From Melioribacteraceae bacterium (lineage in GTDB: Bacteria; Bacteroidota; Ignavibacteria; Ignavibacteriales; Melioribacteraceae): 64,000 bases of DNA. Below the pieces are notes generated by a model. It was not told the DNA's origin. It worked only from the letters and a program-made list of their open reading frames with translations, and did no database searches. The position numbers and the translations under genes were made by a program. The stretch covers positions 220,684-284,683 of the forward strand of contig WYBN01000007.1 in assembly GCA_011525875.1 (NCBI GenBank), in the 5' to 3' direction. Below are positions 1 to 9,283 of this stretch, one piece after another; the stretch's first letter is position 1; each line of letters opens with the position of its first letter.

Positions 1-707
1 CGACATGGAAAGCTGAGGATATGAGTGAAAACTGGGCGGTAAGCTATTCGACAAACGGCGGCGCCGGCTGGCAGATTTCATTGCCCGGCGAAAGAGCTCA
101 CAATTTTGGCTATAAATATTACGGCGATTTGAACAATCCGAATAATTCGAATGTATTTTCGGCGACCGATAACGGTATTTTCAGATCAAGCGATTACGGC
201 AGAACTTGGTTTGCTCCCAATTCAATTGTTGATGCGGATTCAAAAGTTCCGATCGCAACGAACATTTTTTATTCCGTCAATACGATGAGGCGTGAAAACG
301 CCTCAACAGATATATGGATTGGCTCTTCGAATGGGCTCGCAAGACTGAACGAAGAGACGGGATTTTGGAGCGGCAGCTGGAAAGTATTTTTAGCCTCGCC
401 TGCTATCACTAAAAAACAAGAATCATTCGCTTTTCCTAATCCATTTTCACCTGAATTACAAAACGTAAAAATCAAGTTTAACTTAAGTATGAATGATGCT
501 AAGATAACCGTCAGGGTTTTTGACTTCGGAATGAATCTTGTCCGTACAATTTTACAGAATGTTTCGAGAAGCGCCTCCGACGAGCAATTAGTCTTCTGGG
601 ACGGCAGGAACGAAAACGGAAGCATAGTACCAAATGGAGTTTATTTTTACAGAATTGATATTAATTCCGAGGAGCCTCTCTACGGAAAAATATTGGTGTT
701 AAGGTGA
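1..707 (+). CDS. C-terminal part of a secreted BNR/Asp-box repeat protein with a T9SS C-terminal sorting domain; 5' end lies outside the window
   Basis: The frame is open from nt 3 to the window edge, with no stop before the ATG at 21. Asp-box SxDxGxTW is present (SSDYGRTW, also STNGGAGW). The C-terminal beta-sandwich tail FPNPFSPE...VRVFDFGMNLVRTI...WDGRNENGSIVPNGVYFYRI...GKILVLR is typical of FlgD-Ig/Por_Secre_tail cargo tails. Confidence 0.75.
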   Translation, partial: TWKAEDMSENWAVSYSTNGGAGWQISLPGERAHNFGYKYYGDLNNPNNSNVFSATDNGIFRSSDYGRTWFAPNSIVDADSKVPIATNIFYSVNTMRRENASTDIWIGSSNGLARLNEETGFWSGSWKVFLASPAITKKQESFAFPNPFSPELQNVKIKFNLSMNDAKITVRVFDFGMNLVRTILQNVSRSASDEQLVFWDGRNENGSIVPNGVYFYRIDINSEEPLYGKILVLR

Positions 708-744
708 TGACCTTTTAATTCAAACTTTTATTGAAGGAAGGATT

Positions 745-1746
745 TTGAAAATCTTCAAATTGATTTTAATATTTCTCGTGCCGGCGCTGCTGACTGCTCA
801 ATCAGAATTCAGCTCAATCGCCGGTAAACCCGGCGCATTCAGCAGAATGGGTTTCGGCGCGCGCGGGAAGGGGATGGCTAACGCAATGAGCTCTGTGACC
901 CAGGGGAATTTATCGTCATATTACAACCCCGCTTTAATTGTTTTTCAGAAAGATAATTCGTTTCAATCTTCATATTCATTTCTCTCATTAGATCGGACGC
1001 TTAACTTTCTCAGCTTCACCCGCAACTTCGAATTCGGCTTTCAAAATCCCGACGGATCTAAAAGAGATAAACCCAGAGCAACAGCAGGATTAAGTATTGG
1101 TCTTATAAATGCTGGGGTGGGGGAGTTTGATCAAAGGGATAATCAGGGTATGGTAACTGGTAAATTATCTCCTTTCGAAAATCAATTTTTTCTTGCTTTT
1201 GCCAATAAATTCTCTGAGCGGTTGGCCATAGGCTTCGGTGCTAAATTTTATTATGCAAAACTTTACGATGATATTACCTCTACATCATTCGGCTTCGACC
1301 TTGGCGCACTTTATAAATGGAATGACAATTTGAATTTCAGTTTTGCTTTAATTGATATCAACAGCAGATACAAATGGGATACAAATAAGATTTATCAGCA
1401 GGACGGAAGAAACAGCAACGATGAATTCCCACTGCTTAAGAGAATCGGAGCATCGTATATATTTGATAATCCATCCTTGCTTATTTCTATTGAATTTGAA
1501 GGTATAAATTCCAGTACGAACTTTTTAAGATTTGGCGCGGAATACCTTATACACGAAAATCTTTTCCTCCGCGGAGGCGTGGATAATTTTAACATTAGTA
1601 ATACAGATTTACCTGTAAGACCTTCTTTAGGTTTTTCTTATCTCTATAGTTTCGGAACATTTATAAGCAATATTGATTATGCTTTCTCGATTGAACCATA
1701 TTCAACACACGATCAGCATATTATCGGGATTGGGATTAATTTTTAA
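745..1746 (+). CDS. PorV/PorQ-family-like outer-membrane beta-barrel protein
   Basis: Signal peptide ending LLTAQSE. N-terminal motif GAFSRMGFGARGKGMANAMSS...SSYYNPALI resembles the PorV/PorQ signature. The rest shows an alternating aromatic/hydrophobic beta-strand pattern with a C-terminal aromatic (GINF). Confidence 0.6.
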   Translation: MKIFKLILIFLVPALLTAQSEFSSIAGKPGAFSRMGFGARGKGMANAMSSVTQGNLSSYYNPALIVFQKDNSFQSSYSFLSLDRTLNFLSFTRNFEFGFQNPDGSKRDKPRATAGLSIGLINAGVGEFDQRDNQGMVTGKLSPFENQFFLAFANKFSERLAIGFGAKFYYAKLYDDITSTSFGFDLGALYKWNDNLNFSFALIDINSRYKWDTNKIYQQDGRNSNDEFPLLKRIGASYIFDNPSLLISIEFEGINSSTNFLRFGAEYLIHENLFLRGGVDNFNISNTDLPVRPSLGFSYLYSFGTFISNIDYAFSIEPYSTHDQHIIGIGINF

Positions 1747-1762
1747 CTGCTGACAGGCTAAT

Positions 1763-2662
1763 ATGAAAAAAATATTATTATCAATTTTATTATTTACAGA
1801 AATCCTAATCGGACAGAATGCCGGAAGCACCGGCTTATCTTTTTTGAAGTCTTCATTCGGCGCAAGAAACTTAGCAATGGGGGACTTGGGCGTCGCCGGT
1901 CCGGAGGATATGTCGTCATTCTATTATAATCCTGCGATGCTGAGCAATTTTATTTCATCTCAATTATTCATCGCTCACAATCAAGCCATGCAGGATTTGA
2001 GCAGTCAAATTTTTGGCGCCAGCTTTGAAGTATTTGATATGCCTTTCGCCGTTAGCATGAATACTACTTCTGTTGACGGTATTGAAGTACGCACCCAGCC
2101 CGGAGAAATCGAATCAAAATTTAAAGCTCATTATTTTTTTACAGGACTTTCAACCGGTTTCTCTTTATACGAAAACTTTTCCGCGGGTCTTACAATCAAA
2201 TATGTTTATGAAAATCTTTTTAGTGACGAATCTTCGGGCTTAAGCTACGATTTAGGGCTTTATTATTCGGATCTTTACGAAAATCTGAACGTAGGCGTAT
2301 CTTTCAGAAACCTCGGCTCTATGAACAAACTCCGCAATGAAGCTTCCAGGCTGCCTAAGGATTTTCGACTAGGTGTAAGTTATGAATCGCTTCTTGAGAT
2401 GATCAACTCTGAGATATTATTGACCGGCGGGTATCAAAAATATACTGACCTTGCTGATTCCCACATTCATTTAGGAGGGGAGATATTTTACGATAATTTA
2501 CTCGCACTGCGTGCCGGATATATCACAGGATATGATTCCAAAGGATTAACTTTTGGTACAGGAATATCCTGGAACAATATTAACTTCGATTATGCATTTG
2601 TGCCCTATGAATACGATTTAGGCAACTCGCATACGATTTCATTAATGTATACTTTCAATTAG
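1763..2662 (+). CDS. PorV/PorQ-family-like outer-membrane beta-barrel protein (paralog of the preceding gene)
   Basis: Signal peptide present. GSTGLSFLKSSFGARNLAMGDLGVAGPEDMSSFYYNPAML closely matches the PorV N-terminal motif (FL.i..dARa.gMGd.gvA...d....fyNPA.l). Beta-barrel strand pattern ends in YTFN. Confidence 0.65.
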   Translation: MKKILLSILLFTEILIGQNAGSTGLSFLKSSFGARNLAMGDLGVAGPEDMSSFYYNPAMLSNFISSQLFIAHNQAMQDLSSQIFGASFEVFDMPFAVSMNTTSVDGIEVRTQPGEIESKFKAHYFFTGLSTGFSLYENFSAGLTIKYVYENLFSDESSGLSYDLGLYYSDLYENLNVGVSFRNLGSMNKLRNEASRLPKDFRLGVSYESLLEMINSEILLTGGYQKYTDLADSHIHLGGEIFYDNLLALRAGYITGYDSKGLTFGTGISWNNINFDYAFVPYEYDLGNSHTISLMYTFN

Positions 2663-2713
2663 CGCAAGCCAGCGGTAATTTGTTAAATTTTATTTGATAA
2701 ACAGATTAGTTTT

Positions 2714-3673
2714 ATGGAAATAATAGAATACACCGGGAAATGGAAAGATAAATGGGATAGTTTTGTTCAAGATTCAAATAACGGCACGATGTTCCATCTG
2801 CAAAAGTTTTTCGATTACCACACCCCGGGAAAATTTTCATTCAATCATTTAATCTTTCTTAACAAAGACAAAATTGCCGCGGTGCTTCCCGGTTCAAAAA
2901 TCGGTAACCGCTATGAATCGCCGATTGGAGCAAGCTACGGTTCCATTGTCACGAAGGATATCAAGTTTAACGAAGCGATGGAGATTGTAGGAACATTAAT
3001 CGAATACGGCAGAAAGAACGGTTTAAAAGAAATCGAGTTAACAGCCGCGCCTGTAGTTTATGAGAACAAGCCGAACCAGAATCTAGATTTTGCCATGCTC
3101 TGGCAAGGGTTTACGTATAAGCTGCATTATATTTCAAGCGCAATTAAACTTGATCCGAACATTGATATCATCTCTCGATTTTCTCAATCAATTAGGCGGA
3201 ATGTCCGCAGGTCCCTTGAGAACCCCGATATTTCGATAGAGATAAATGATCGCTACGATGAATTTTATCCCATATTATTAGAAAACAAATCCCGGCATGG
3301 AGTAAAGCCTACTCACACTTTCGAGGATCTGCTAAAATTAAATTCTTTGCTGCCTGAAAACTTAAAACTGTTTATGGTTTACTTTAAAGATAAACCTATT
3401 GCAGGCTCACTAATGTTTTTTGTTAATAGAACCTGCGCACTTTGTTTTTATAATATGCTGCTGTACGATTATCAGGAATTAAAACCTATTCAAAGAGTGA
3501 TGTACGAAGTTGTAAAATATTCTACCGAAGCAGGGTATAATTACGTCGATATCGGGGTTTCGCAAGATACTATGGCGTCAAACCCGATGACTCCGAGTTT
3601 AAGCCTTATCGAATTTAAAGAGAAGTTCGATGCAAAAACCGTAATGCGAAATACACTGCATATCAGATTATAG
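2714..3673 (+). CDS. FemAB-like / BioF2-like GNAT-fold acyl(aminoacyl)transferase family protein
   Basis: 319 aa with the N-terminal pattern W..FV....NGT.FH...F..Y typical of FemAB/Acetyltransf_6 proteins in polysaccharide or cell-wall loci. Recognised at family level only. Confidence 0.5.
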   Translation: MEIIEYTGKWKDKWDSFVQDSNNGTMFHLQKFFDYHTPGKFSFNHLIFLNKDKIAAVLPGSKIGNRYESPIGASYGSIVTKDIKFNEAMEIVGTLIEYGRKNGLKEIELTAAPVVYENKPNQNLDFAMLWQGFTYKLHYISSAIKLDPNIDIISRFSQSIRRNVRRSLENPDISIEINDRYDEFYPILLENKSRHGVKPTHTFEDLLKLNSLLPENLKLFMVYFKDKPIAGSLMFFVNRTCALCFYNMLLYDYQELKPIQRVMYEVVKYSTEAGYNYVDIGVSQDTMASNPMTPSLSLIEFKEKFDAKTVMRNTLHIRL

Positions 3674-3695
3674 AATTTTTTCTACGGATTGAAAA

Positions 3696-4808
3696 TTGAA
3701 AAAAATTTGTATTGCATTTTTAGGAAATGCTTTTAATGATACCCGCGTTACCAACTTAACAAACTCGTTGATACAGGATTCGTGTAAAGTAAATGTAATA
3801 TCATTTGATTGGACTTCCGACTCTACAGAAGATATTCTTGGCGATATTTCCGTATATAAACTTGATAAATCAACATCTTCAATTAAATTTTACCTGTCTT
3901 TTCTTAGCATCCTTAGACGCAGTCTTTCGAAAGTAAAAGCGGATATTTATATTGCCGAAGATGTTTATACTCTTCCTTTGGCAGTTTTTTTTGCGAAACT
4001 GAGAGGCAAGAAGGTTTACTATAACTGCAGAGAACTTTATCCTTTCCTTGCCGGACTGCGGAATAAAAGAGTAGTTCAAAATATTATAAAGTTTGTCGAA
4101 AGGTCGTTCATTAAACGAGTTGATTTAGTATTAACCACAGGAGAGATGGACGCTCAATTCATTCAGCACTATTATAAGATAACGAACACGCTTGTAATAA
4201 GAAACCTCCCTATCATAAAGCAGCCTTCGCGAAAAGTTGCATTGAAACAAAAATTCGGGATACCGGCAGAACATAAAATACTTTTATATCAAGGGGTAAT
4301 CTTTGAGGGCAGGGGGATCGATAAAGTAATAATCGCTATAAAGTATCTGCCTAACGTTCATCTAATATTATTAGGTGACGGAGTTAAAAAATCGGCTTAT
4401 CAGAAATTAGCTGATGATATCGGTGTAAGCTTGCGGGTTCATTTTGCAGGGACTGCTTCTCAAGATGATTTAATTAATTACACCGTCGAGGCTGAAATAG
4501 GCTTAGCGCTGATAGAAAATATAAGCCTCAGCTATTACTATGCCCTTCCAAATAAATTATTTGAATACATTGCGGCGGGTGTTCCGGTGCTTAGTTCAAA
4601 CTTACCGCAGATGAAATTAATAGTCGATAAATACAAAGTCGGAAGAGCGATAAATATCGATTCAAATGAAACGGTCGCAAAAGAAATTAAATCTATGCTT
4701 GAAGATGGGGAGGAACTAGAAACTTTCAAACAGAATGCAAAGACTGCGGCGGCGGAATTGAACTGGGATGTAGAATACTCTTCCGTACGGTCAAAACTTT
4801 TAGGCTGA
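3696..4808 (+). CDS. Glycosyltransferase, GT4 (GT-B fold) family
   Basis: GT-B C-terminal motifs EGRGID...LLGDG and ALPNKLFEYIAAGVPVLSS (E-x7-E type). Confidence 0.8.
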   Translation: MKKICIAFLGNAFNDTRVTNLTNSLIQDSCKVNVISFDWTSDSTEDILGDISVYKLDKSTSSIKFYLSFLSILRRSLSKVKADIYIAEDVYTLPLAVFFAKLRGKKVYYNCRELYPFLAGLRNKRVVQNIIKFVERSFIKRVDLVLTTGEMDAQFIQHYYKITNTLVIRNLPIIKQPSRKVALKQKFGIPAEHKILLYQGVIFEGRGIDKVIIAIKYLPNVHLILLGDGVKKSAYQKLADDIGVSLRVHFAGTASQDDLINYTVEAEIGLALIENISLSYYYALPNKLFEYIAAGVPVLSSNLPQMKLIVDKYKVGRAINIDSNETVAKEIKSMLEDGEELETFKQNAKTAAAELNWDVEYSSVRSKLLG

Positions 4809-4854
4809 TCTATTTTACACTGTGATTAATAATCATTAATTTTGCACACTAATT

Positions 4855-4950
4855 GCCAAGCGCTAATTAACAGGTTGTTGCCCAACCCCGTCAGGTCCGG
4901 AAGGAAGCAGCGGTCAGCATTCAATCTGTGTAATTAGTTAGCTTGGCTTT
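4855..4950 (+). ncRNA. ffs: Signal recognition particle RNA (small 4.5S type)
   Basis: Contains the invariant domain IV core GTCAGGTCCGGAAGGAAGCAGC. The flanks GCCAAGCGCTAATTAACA and TGTAATTAGTTAGCTTGGC pair into the long closing helix, followed by a T-run. Confidence 0.9.
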
Positions 4951-4951
4951 T

Positions 4952-5399
4952 TTATTCTTTAATAATATTCAAAAGTCTGCCGTAACTTTTATTTGTCATT
5001 TCAATTGAAATAATCCGACCGGTCGCAATATCTTCCAGATGAAAAGGTTCAATTAGAATATTAATTAAAAACCCTGATAAACCCGGCTGATGCCCGCTGC
5101 CGGCAATATCAAAGCCATAGAACTCGGGGATAATACACCAAGCAGATTTTGAAAAGAAGCGCCGGGTTATAATTTTTTATAGATAATAATATCTTCTCGT
5201 ACATTCATTTTCCGTTTAATAAATCAGCCGTTTGCAGCGCGCGTAATTTAAGCGAGCTGATTAGATAATTAATAGTAATGCTGAAATCCTTAAAGGATTT
5301 GATTTTACTCATGAATTTTTTCTGCCCTGCTTCGCTTACTGTTTTTTCAGTACCGCTTCCGCTTACCGCCTTGGCAAGACGAATCAGAAATAGCTTCAA
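4952..5399 (-). pseudogene. Disrupted SixA-like histidine phosphatase gene (frameshifted, catalytic His lost)
   Basis: The N-terminal 64-aa ORF (5205-5399) reads MKLFLIRLAKAV...SSLKLRALQTADLL. The family consensus is LIRHAKA...RA.QTA, so the RH catalytic dyad has become RL. The C-terminal half (5176-4952) reads ...GSGHQPGLSGFL...IATGRIISIEM and sits in a different frame with no start codon. Confidence 0.6.
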
Positions 5400-5590
5400 A
5401 AAATTCTCCTAAAAACTTTTTTAATTTTTCGAAACATTAATATATTTACCGGCATCATTGAAAACTTATTACTAAGGGGACTTAGCTGAGAAAATTAATA
5501 ATTTTAATAAAACTTTTTTTCCTAATTAGCAATTTAACAGCTCAGGAAATAAATGTATCTAATCTCAATCTTAAAGGCGTCGAATTCGAA

Positions 5591-7363
5591 TTGCAAATTA
5601 AAGACCTCCCCGATTCTCTTCGTAGCGTAAATATAAAACTAATTGACAACGAATACCAAATCGAGCATACACTAACTGTACTGAAAGGGAGTGTGGATAC
5701 TTCAATTGTTATTGATAGAGCAGGGAATTATAACATCATTTTAGACGGGCTTACGGAAGAAAGATTTGTTCGTATTCTTCCCGGCTGGCTGAGTATTATT
5801 CCGCCTCTACTGGCAATTTTATTGGCACTAATTATACGGCAGGTCATAGTATCGCTTGCCGCCGGAATATTTATCGGAGCATTGTTTATTTATGAGAATA
5901 ATCCGCTCACTGCTCTGCTTCGTTTCGCCGATAAATTTATGCTTGAGGCACTCATAGACCCTGATCACATGTTTATTATTTTGTTTACACTTTTGATTGG
6001 CGGAGTAGTCGGGATAATTTCTCGAAACGGCGGGACAACCGGTTTGGCAAATCAAATAACTAAGCTTGCTAAGAATTCAAGAACCGGTATCCTTGCAAGC
6101 TGGCTGATGGGTGTAGCTATTTTTTTTGATGATTACGCAAACTCTTTAATAATAGGCAATATGATGAGACCGATAACCGACCGGCTTCGGATATCGCGTG
6201 AAAAACTTGCTTATATTGTTGATTCAACAGCGGCGCCCATTGCAAGTATCTTTTTCATAAGCACGTGGATTGGATACGAAGTCGGGCTTATTGAAGACGG
6301 GTTACGCTCAATCGGCTCCGAGATGAATGCATACGATGTATTTATTAATTCAATACCATACAGCTTTTATCCCATCGCTGCTATTGCTATGGTTTTCTTT
6401 GTCGCATACCTAAACCGGGATTTTGGACCCATGTATAAGGCGGAGTTACGTGCGAGAGAATCAGGCCAAGTCAGTAATTCAAAAGTTACTACTGAAAATT
6501 CTTTTGATGATTCAAAAGATTTTTATCAGGGCAATAAATCAAGATGGATTAACGGCGCTGTGCCGATACTTATAATATTATTCGGCACTATACTCGGACT
6601 TTTTTTTACCGGCAGAACCAAATTGGAATCTTTGGGTATTTATGATTACGGAATACAAGAGATCATTAATCACTCCGATTCTTACTCTTCATTACTATGG
6701 TCGAGTTTTATCGCATGTGTGACTGCGATTATTATGAGCGTCAGCCAGCGCATCATCAAACTTGAAGAAACGATAAACGCATGGACAAAAGGCGTTCAGT
6801 CAATGATGGTGGCTGTACTAATACTCGTATTTGCTTGGGCTATAAGCTCGGTTACAGTCGAATTAAAAACTGCCGACTATATTATTTCGATAATTAGCGA
6901 TAAGATGGACCCGAGATTTTTACCGGGAATTGTTTTTATTGTCTGTGCTCTCACAAGTTTTTCAACAGGAACAAGCTGGGGAACCATGGCTATTGTTGTC
7001 CCGATTGTAATTCCGTTAGCTTCAAAAATGACGGCATTAGCGGGAATGAGTCCTGAATTAAGCAGCACAATACTTTACGGGGTTATCAGTTCTGTTCTAG
7101 CGGGATCTGTTTTCGGTGATCATTGTTCGCCTATTGCAGATACAACAATTCTAAGTTCATTGGCTTCAAAATGTAATCATATCGATCATGTCAATACGCA
7201 GCTTCCCTATGCTATTGTTCCAGGAATGATGTGCATGGTTTTTGGTTATGTCCCTGTTATATTTGGTTTAAGTCCATTTGTTGCTATTGGGCTAATAATA
7301 TTAAGTTTATTCTGTGTAGTACTGCTTGCGGGCAAAAAGCTTCCGGTTTATTCTGAAGATTGA
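5591..7363 (+). CDS. nhaC: Na+/H+ antiporter NhaC family protein with an N-terminal soluble domain
   Basis: Multi-pass membrane protein with the NhaC-type motif FFDDYANSLIIGNMMRPITD. The TTG at 5591 is the first canonical start, but the frame is open from 5486 and encodes a signal-peptide-like segment (see findings). Confidence 0.75.
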   Translation: MQIKDLPDSLRSVNIKLIDNEYQIEHTLTVLKGSVDTSIVIDRAGNYNIILDGLTEERFVRILPGWLSIIPPLLAILLALIIRQVIVSLAAGIFIGALFIYENNPLTALLRFADKFMLEALIDPDHMFIILFTLLIGGVVGIISRNGGTTGLANQITKLAKNSRTGILASWLMGVAIFFDDYANSLIIGNMMRPITDRLRISREKLAYIVDSTAAPIASIFFISTWIGYEVGLIEDGLRSIGSEMNAYDVFINSIPYSFYPIAAIAMVFFVAYLNRDFGPMYKAELRARESGQVSNSKVTTENSFDDSKDFYQGNKSRWINGAVPILIILFGTILGLFFTGRTKLESLGIYDYGIQEIINHSDSYSSLLWSSFIACVTAIIMSVSQRIIKLEETINAWTKGVQSMMVAVLILVFAWAISSVTVELKTADYIISIISDKMDPRFLPGIVFIVCALTSFSTGTSWGTMAIVVPIVIPLASKMTALAGMSPELSSTILYGVISSVLAGSVFGDHCSPIADTTILSSLASKCNHIDHVNTQLPYAIVPGMMCMVFGYVPVIFGLSPFVAIGLIILSLFCVVLLAGKKLPVYSED

Positions 7364-9198
7364 ACAGAATTCTTTTTGTGGAAATGTTCATACACAAGCT
7401 TTGCCTTTGATTTGGCAATGTGACTTTCAAGTTCTTTAAGCCGGGCATTTCTTATACTATCAAAATCTATAAAGTTCTTCAACAATTTACCCGCTATCTT
7501 TTCTCCGATACCTTTAATCTCCTGAAGCTCTGAGGTGAAAGTGCGTTTATCCCTTCTCTTTCTGTGAAATGTAATTGCAAACCTGTGCGCTTCATCTCTT
7601 ACCTGCTGCAGCAGTTTAAGGCTTGAGGAAGTTTTGGGTATTACCAATGCTTCCGAACTGCCGGGTTGAAACACTTCTTCCAGTCGTTTTGCAAGCCCAA
7701 TTATATTATAGTTAGTTATTCCCAACCGGTTAAGAATTTTTACCGAACTGCTTAACTGACCTTTTCCTCCGTCAACCATTATTAGATCGGGCAGCAGTTC
7801 ATTTTCTTCTAAGAGTTTCTTATACCTTCTCTGAATTACTTCCTGCATCGAAGCAAAATCATCCGGACCGTCGGCTGACTTAATAATGAATTTTCTGTAT
7901 AAACTTTTTTTCGGTTTCCCGTCTATGAAAACAACCATGCTCGCAACCGTATCGCTTCCCTGTAAATTCGAAATGTCGAAACATTCAATTTTTCTTGGAA
8001 TAACATTTAGTGACAAATCTCTTTTCAATGCCGAAAGCACATAAGGCAGATTACCGTCCTTTTTCATTCTCTGCAATTGAATTTCTTTTAACTGCAGTAT
8101 AGCGTTTTGTTTGCACATCCGCAGAAGAGAAAGCCGATCGCTTTGGCGTTGAGGAATAACAAAATTTACTTTTCTGCCAGCTTTACTGCTCAGAAAGTTT
8201 AAGATACTTTCTTTATCAGAAGGAAGTTTTTCCAAAATTATTTCTTTCGGTATATCAACAAACTCATTGTAATAAAATTTTATAATTGAGGAATAAATCT
8301 GCTCAATCTCTTCGCCTGGTTCTGCGTTTAGTTTGAACTGCTGCTTCCCAATCAATTTACCCGAGCGTATGTTAAGAATTGTTACAGAAGCATCTTTGCC
8401 TTCGCTTGCGGCGCTTATAAAATCTTTATCTTCCTGATCATTGCTGAGAATTTTCTGTCTGCCAGAATATACTTTCAATTGTTCTACCTGATCTCTGATT
8501 TGTGCCGCTTTTTCGAAATTCAACGAATCAGCCGCCGTTTTCATCTCTTCGAGCAAATCATTAATCAAATCATCTGTTTTTCCTCTCAGAAGTTTTGCAA
8601 CCTGAGTAACAATTTTGTTATAATCTTCTTTACTAATCAAACCTTCGCAAGGGCCGTCGCATTTCTTGATATGATAATCGAGACAAAGCTTAACTTTTCT
8701 TTTTTCAATTACATCATCATCAATATAATACTTGCAGCTTCTTATACGGAAAATTCTGTTGATAAGCGCAAGCGAATTTTTCATTGACTTTACGTCCGTA
8801 TATGGTCCAAAATATTTTGACCCGTCCTTTATTATCTGCCTTGTCTGAAATACTTGCGGAAATGGTTCGTTGGTTATACGGATATATGGAAATGATTTAT
8901 CATCCTTAAGATTAATATTATAACGCGGCTTTAACTTTTTTATCAGGTTATTTTCGAGTATAAGCGCTTCTACTTCGCTGTCTGTGGCAATTATTTGAAT
9001 ATCGGCAATCTTTGAAACAAGTATCAATGTTTTAGGAGAATCAACCGTGCTATGAAAATAGCTCCTGACTCTGTTCCTCAAATTCTTTGCCTTCCCGACA
9101 TAAATTATTTTACCGCTTTTATCTAAAAATTGATAAACTCCGGGAAGCGGCGGTAAGGATTGAATTCTGTCTTTGATGAAATTATTAAATTCAGGCAT
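7348..9198 (-). CDS. uvrC: Excinuclease ABC subunit C
   Basis: GIY-YIG N-terminus (GVYQFLDKSGKIIYVGKAKNLRNRV), a UVR domain (FEKAAQIRDQ), an Endo V-like domain and C-terminal HhH (GIGEKIAGKLL). Confidence 0.95.
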   Translation of the reverse strand: MPEFNNFIKDRIQSLPPLPGVYQFLDKSGKIIYVGKAKNLRNRVRSYFHSTVDSPKTLILVSKIADIQIIATDSEVEALILENNLIKKLKPRYNINLKDDKSFPYIRITNEPFPQVFQTRQIIKDGSKYFGPYTDVKSMKNSLALINRIFRIRSCKYYIDDDVIEKRKVKLCLDYHIKKCDGPCEGLISKEDYNKIVTQVAKLLRGKTDDLINDLLEEMKTAADSLNFEKAAQIRDQVEQLKVYSGRQKILSNDQEDKDFISAASEGKDASVTILNIRSGKLIGKQQFKLNAEPGEEIEQIYSSIIKFYYNEFVDIPKEIILEKLPSDKESILNFLSSKAGRKVNFVIPQRQSDRLSLLRMCKQNAILQLKEIQLQRMKKDGNLPYVLSALKRDLSLNVIPRKIECFDISNLQGSDTVASMVVFIDGKPKKSLYRKFIIKSADGPDDFASMQEVIQRRYKKLLEENELLPDLIMVDGGKGQLSSSVKILNRLGITNYNIIGLAKRLEEVFQPGSSEALVIPKTSSSLKLLQQVRDEAHRFAITFHRKRRDKRTFTSELQEIKGIGEKIAGKLLKNFIDFDSIRNARLKELESHIAKSKAKLVYEHFHKKNSVQSSE

Positions 9199-9237
9199 AT
9201 AGCTTTAGTATGTTGGAAGTATTCATCAGATTAAATA

Positions 9238-9260
9238 ATGAGGGGTTATGCAACCCCCCA
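9238..9260 (-). terminator. Hairpin downstream of glgC
   Basis: On the minus strand GGGGTT-GCAT-AACCCC is followed by the U-rich TCATTATTT, about 25 nt past the glgC stop. Confidence 0.45.
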
Positions 9261-9283
9261 TTTCTAAGCAATTGTGGGCTAAT

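Noticed and set aside
269-625. 118-aa ORF on the minus strand
   Set aside because: It is fully nested antisense to the BNR/T9SS-tail gene, whose frame carries clear motifs. The antisense product has no motif and looks like a shadow ORF.
8479-8787. 102-aa ORF on the plus strand
   Set aside because: It is antisense to uvrC and has no motifs.
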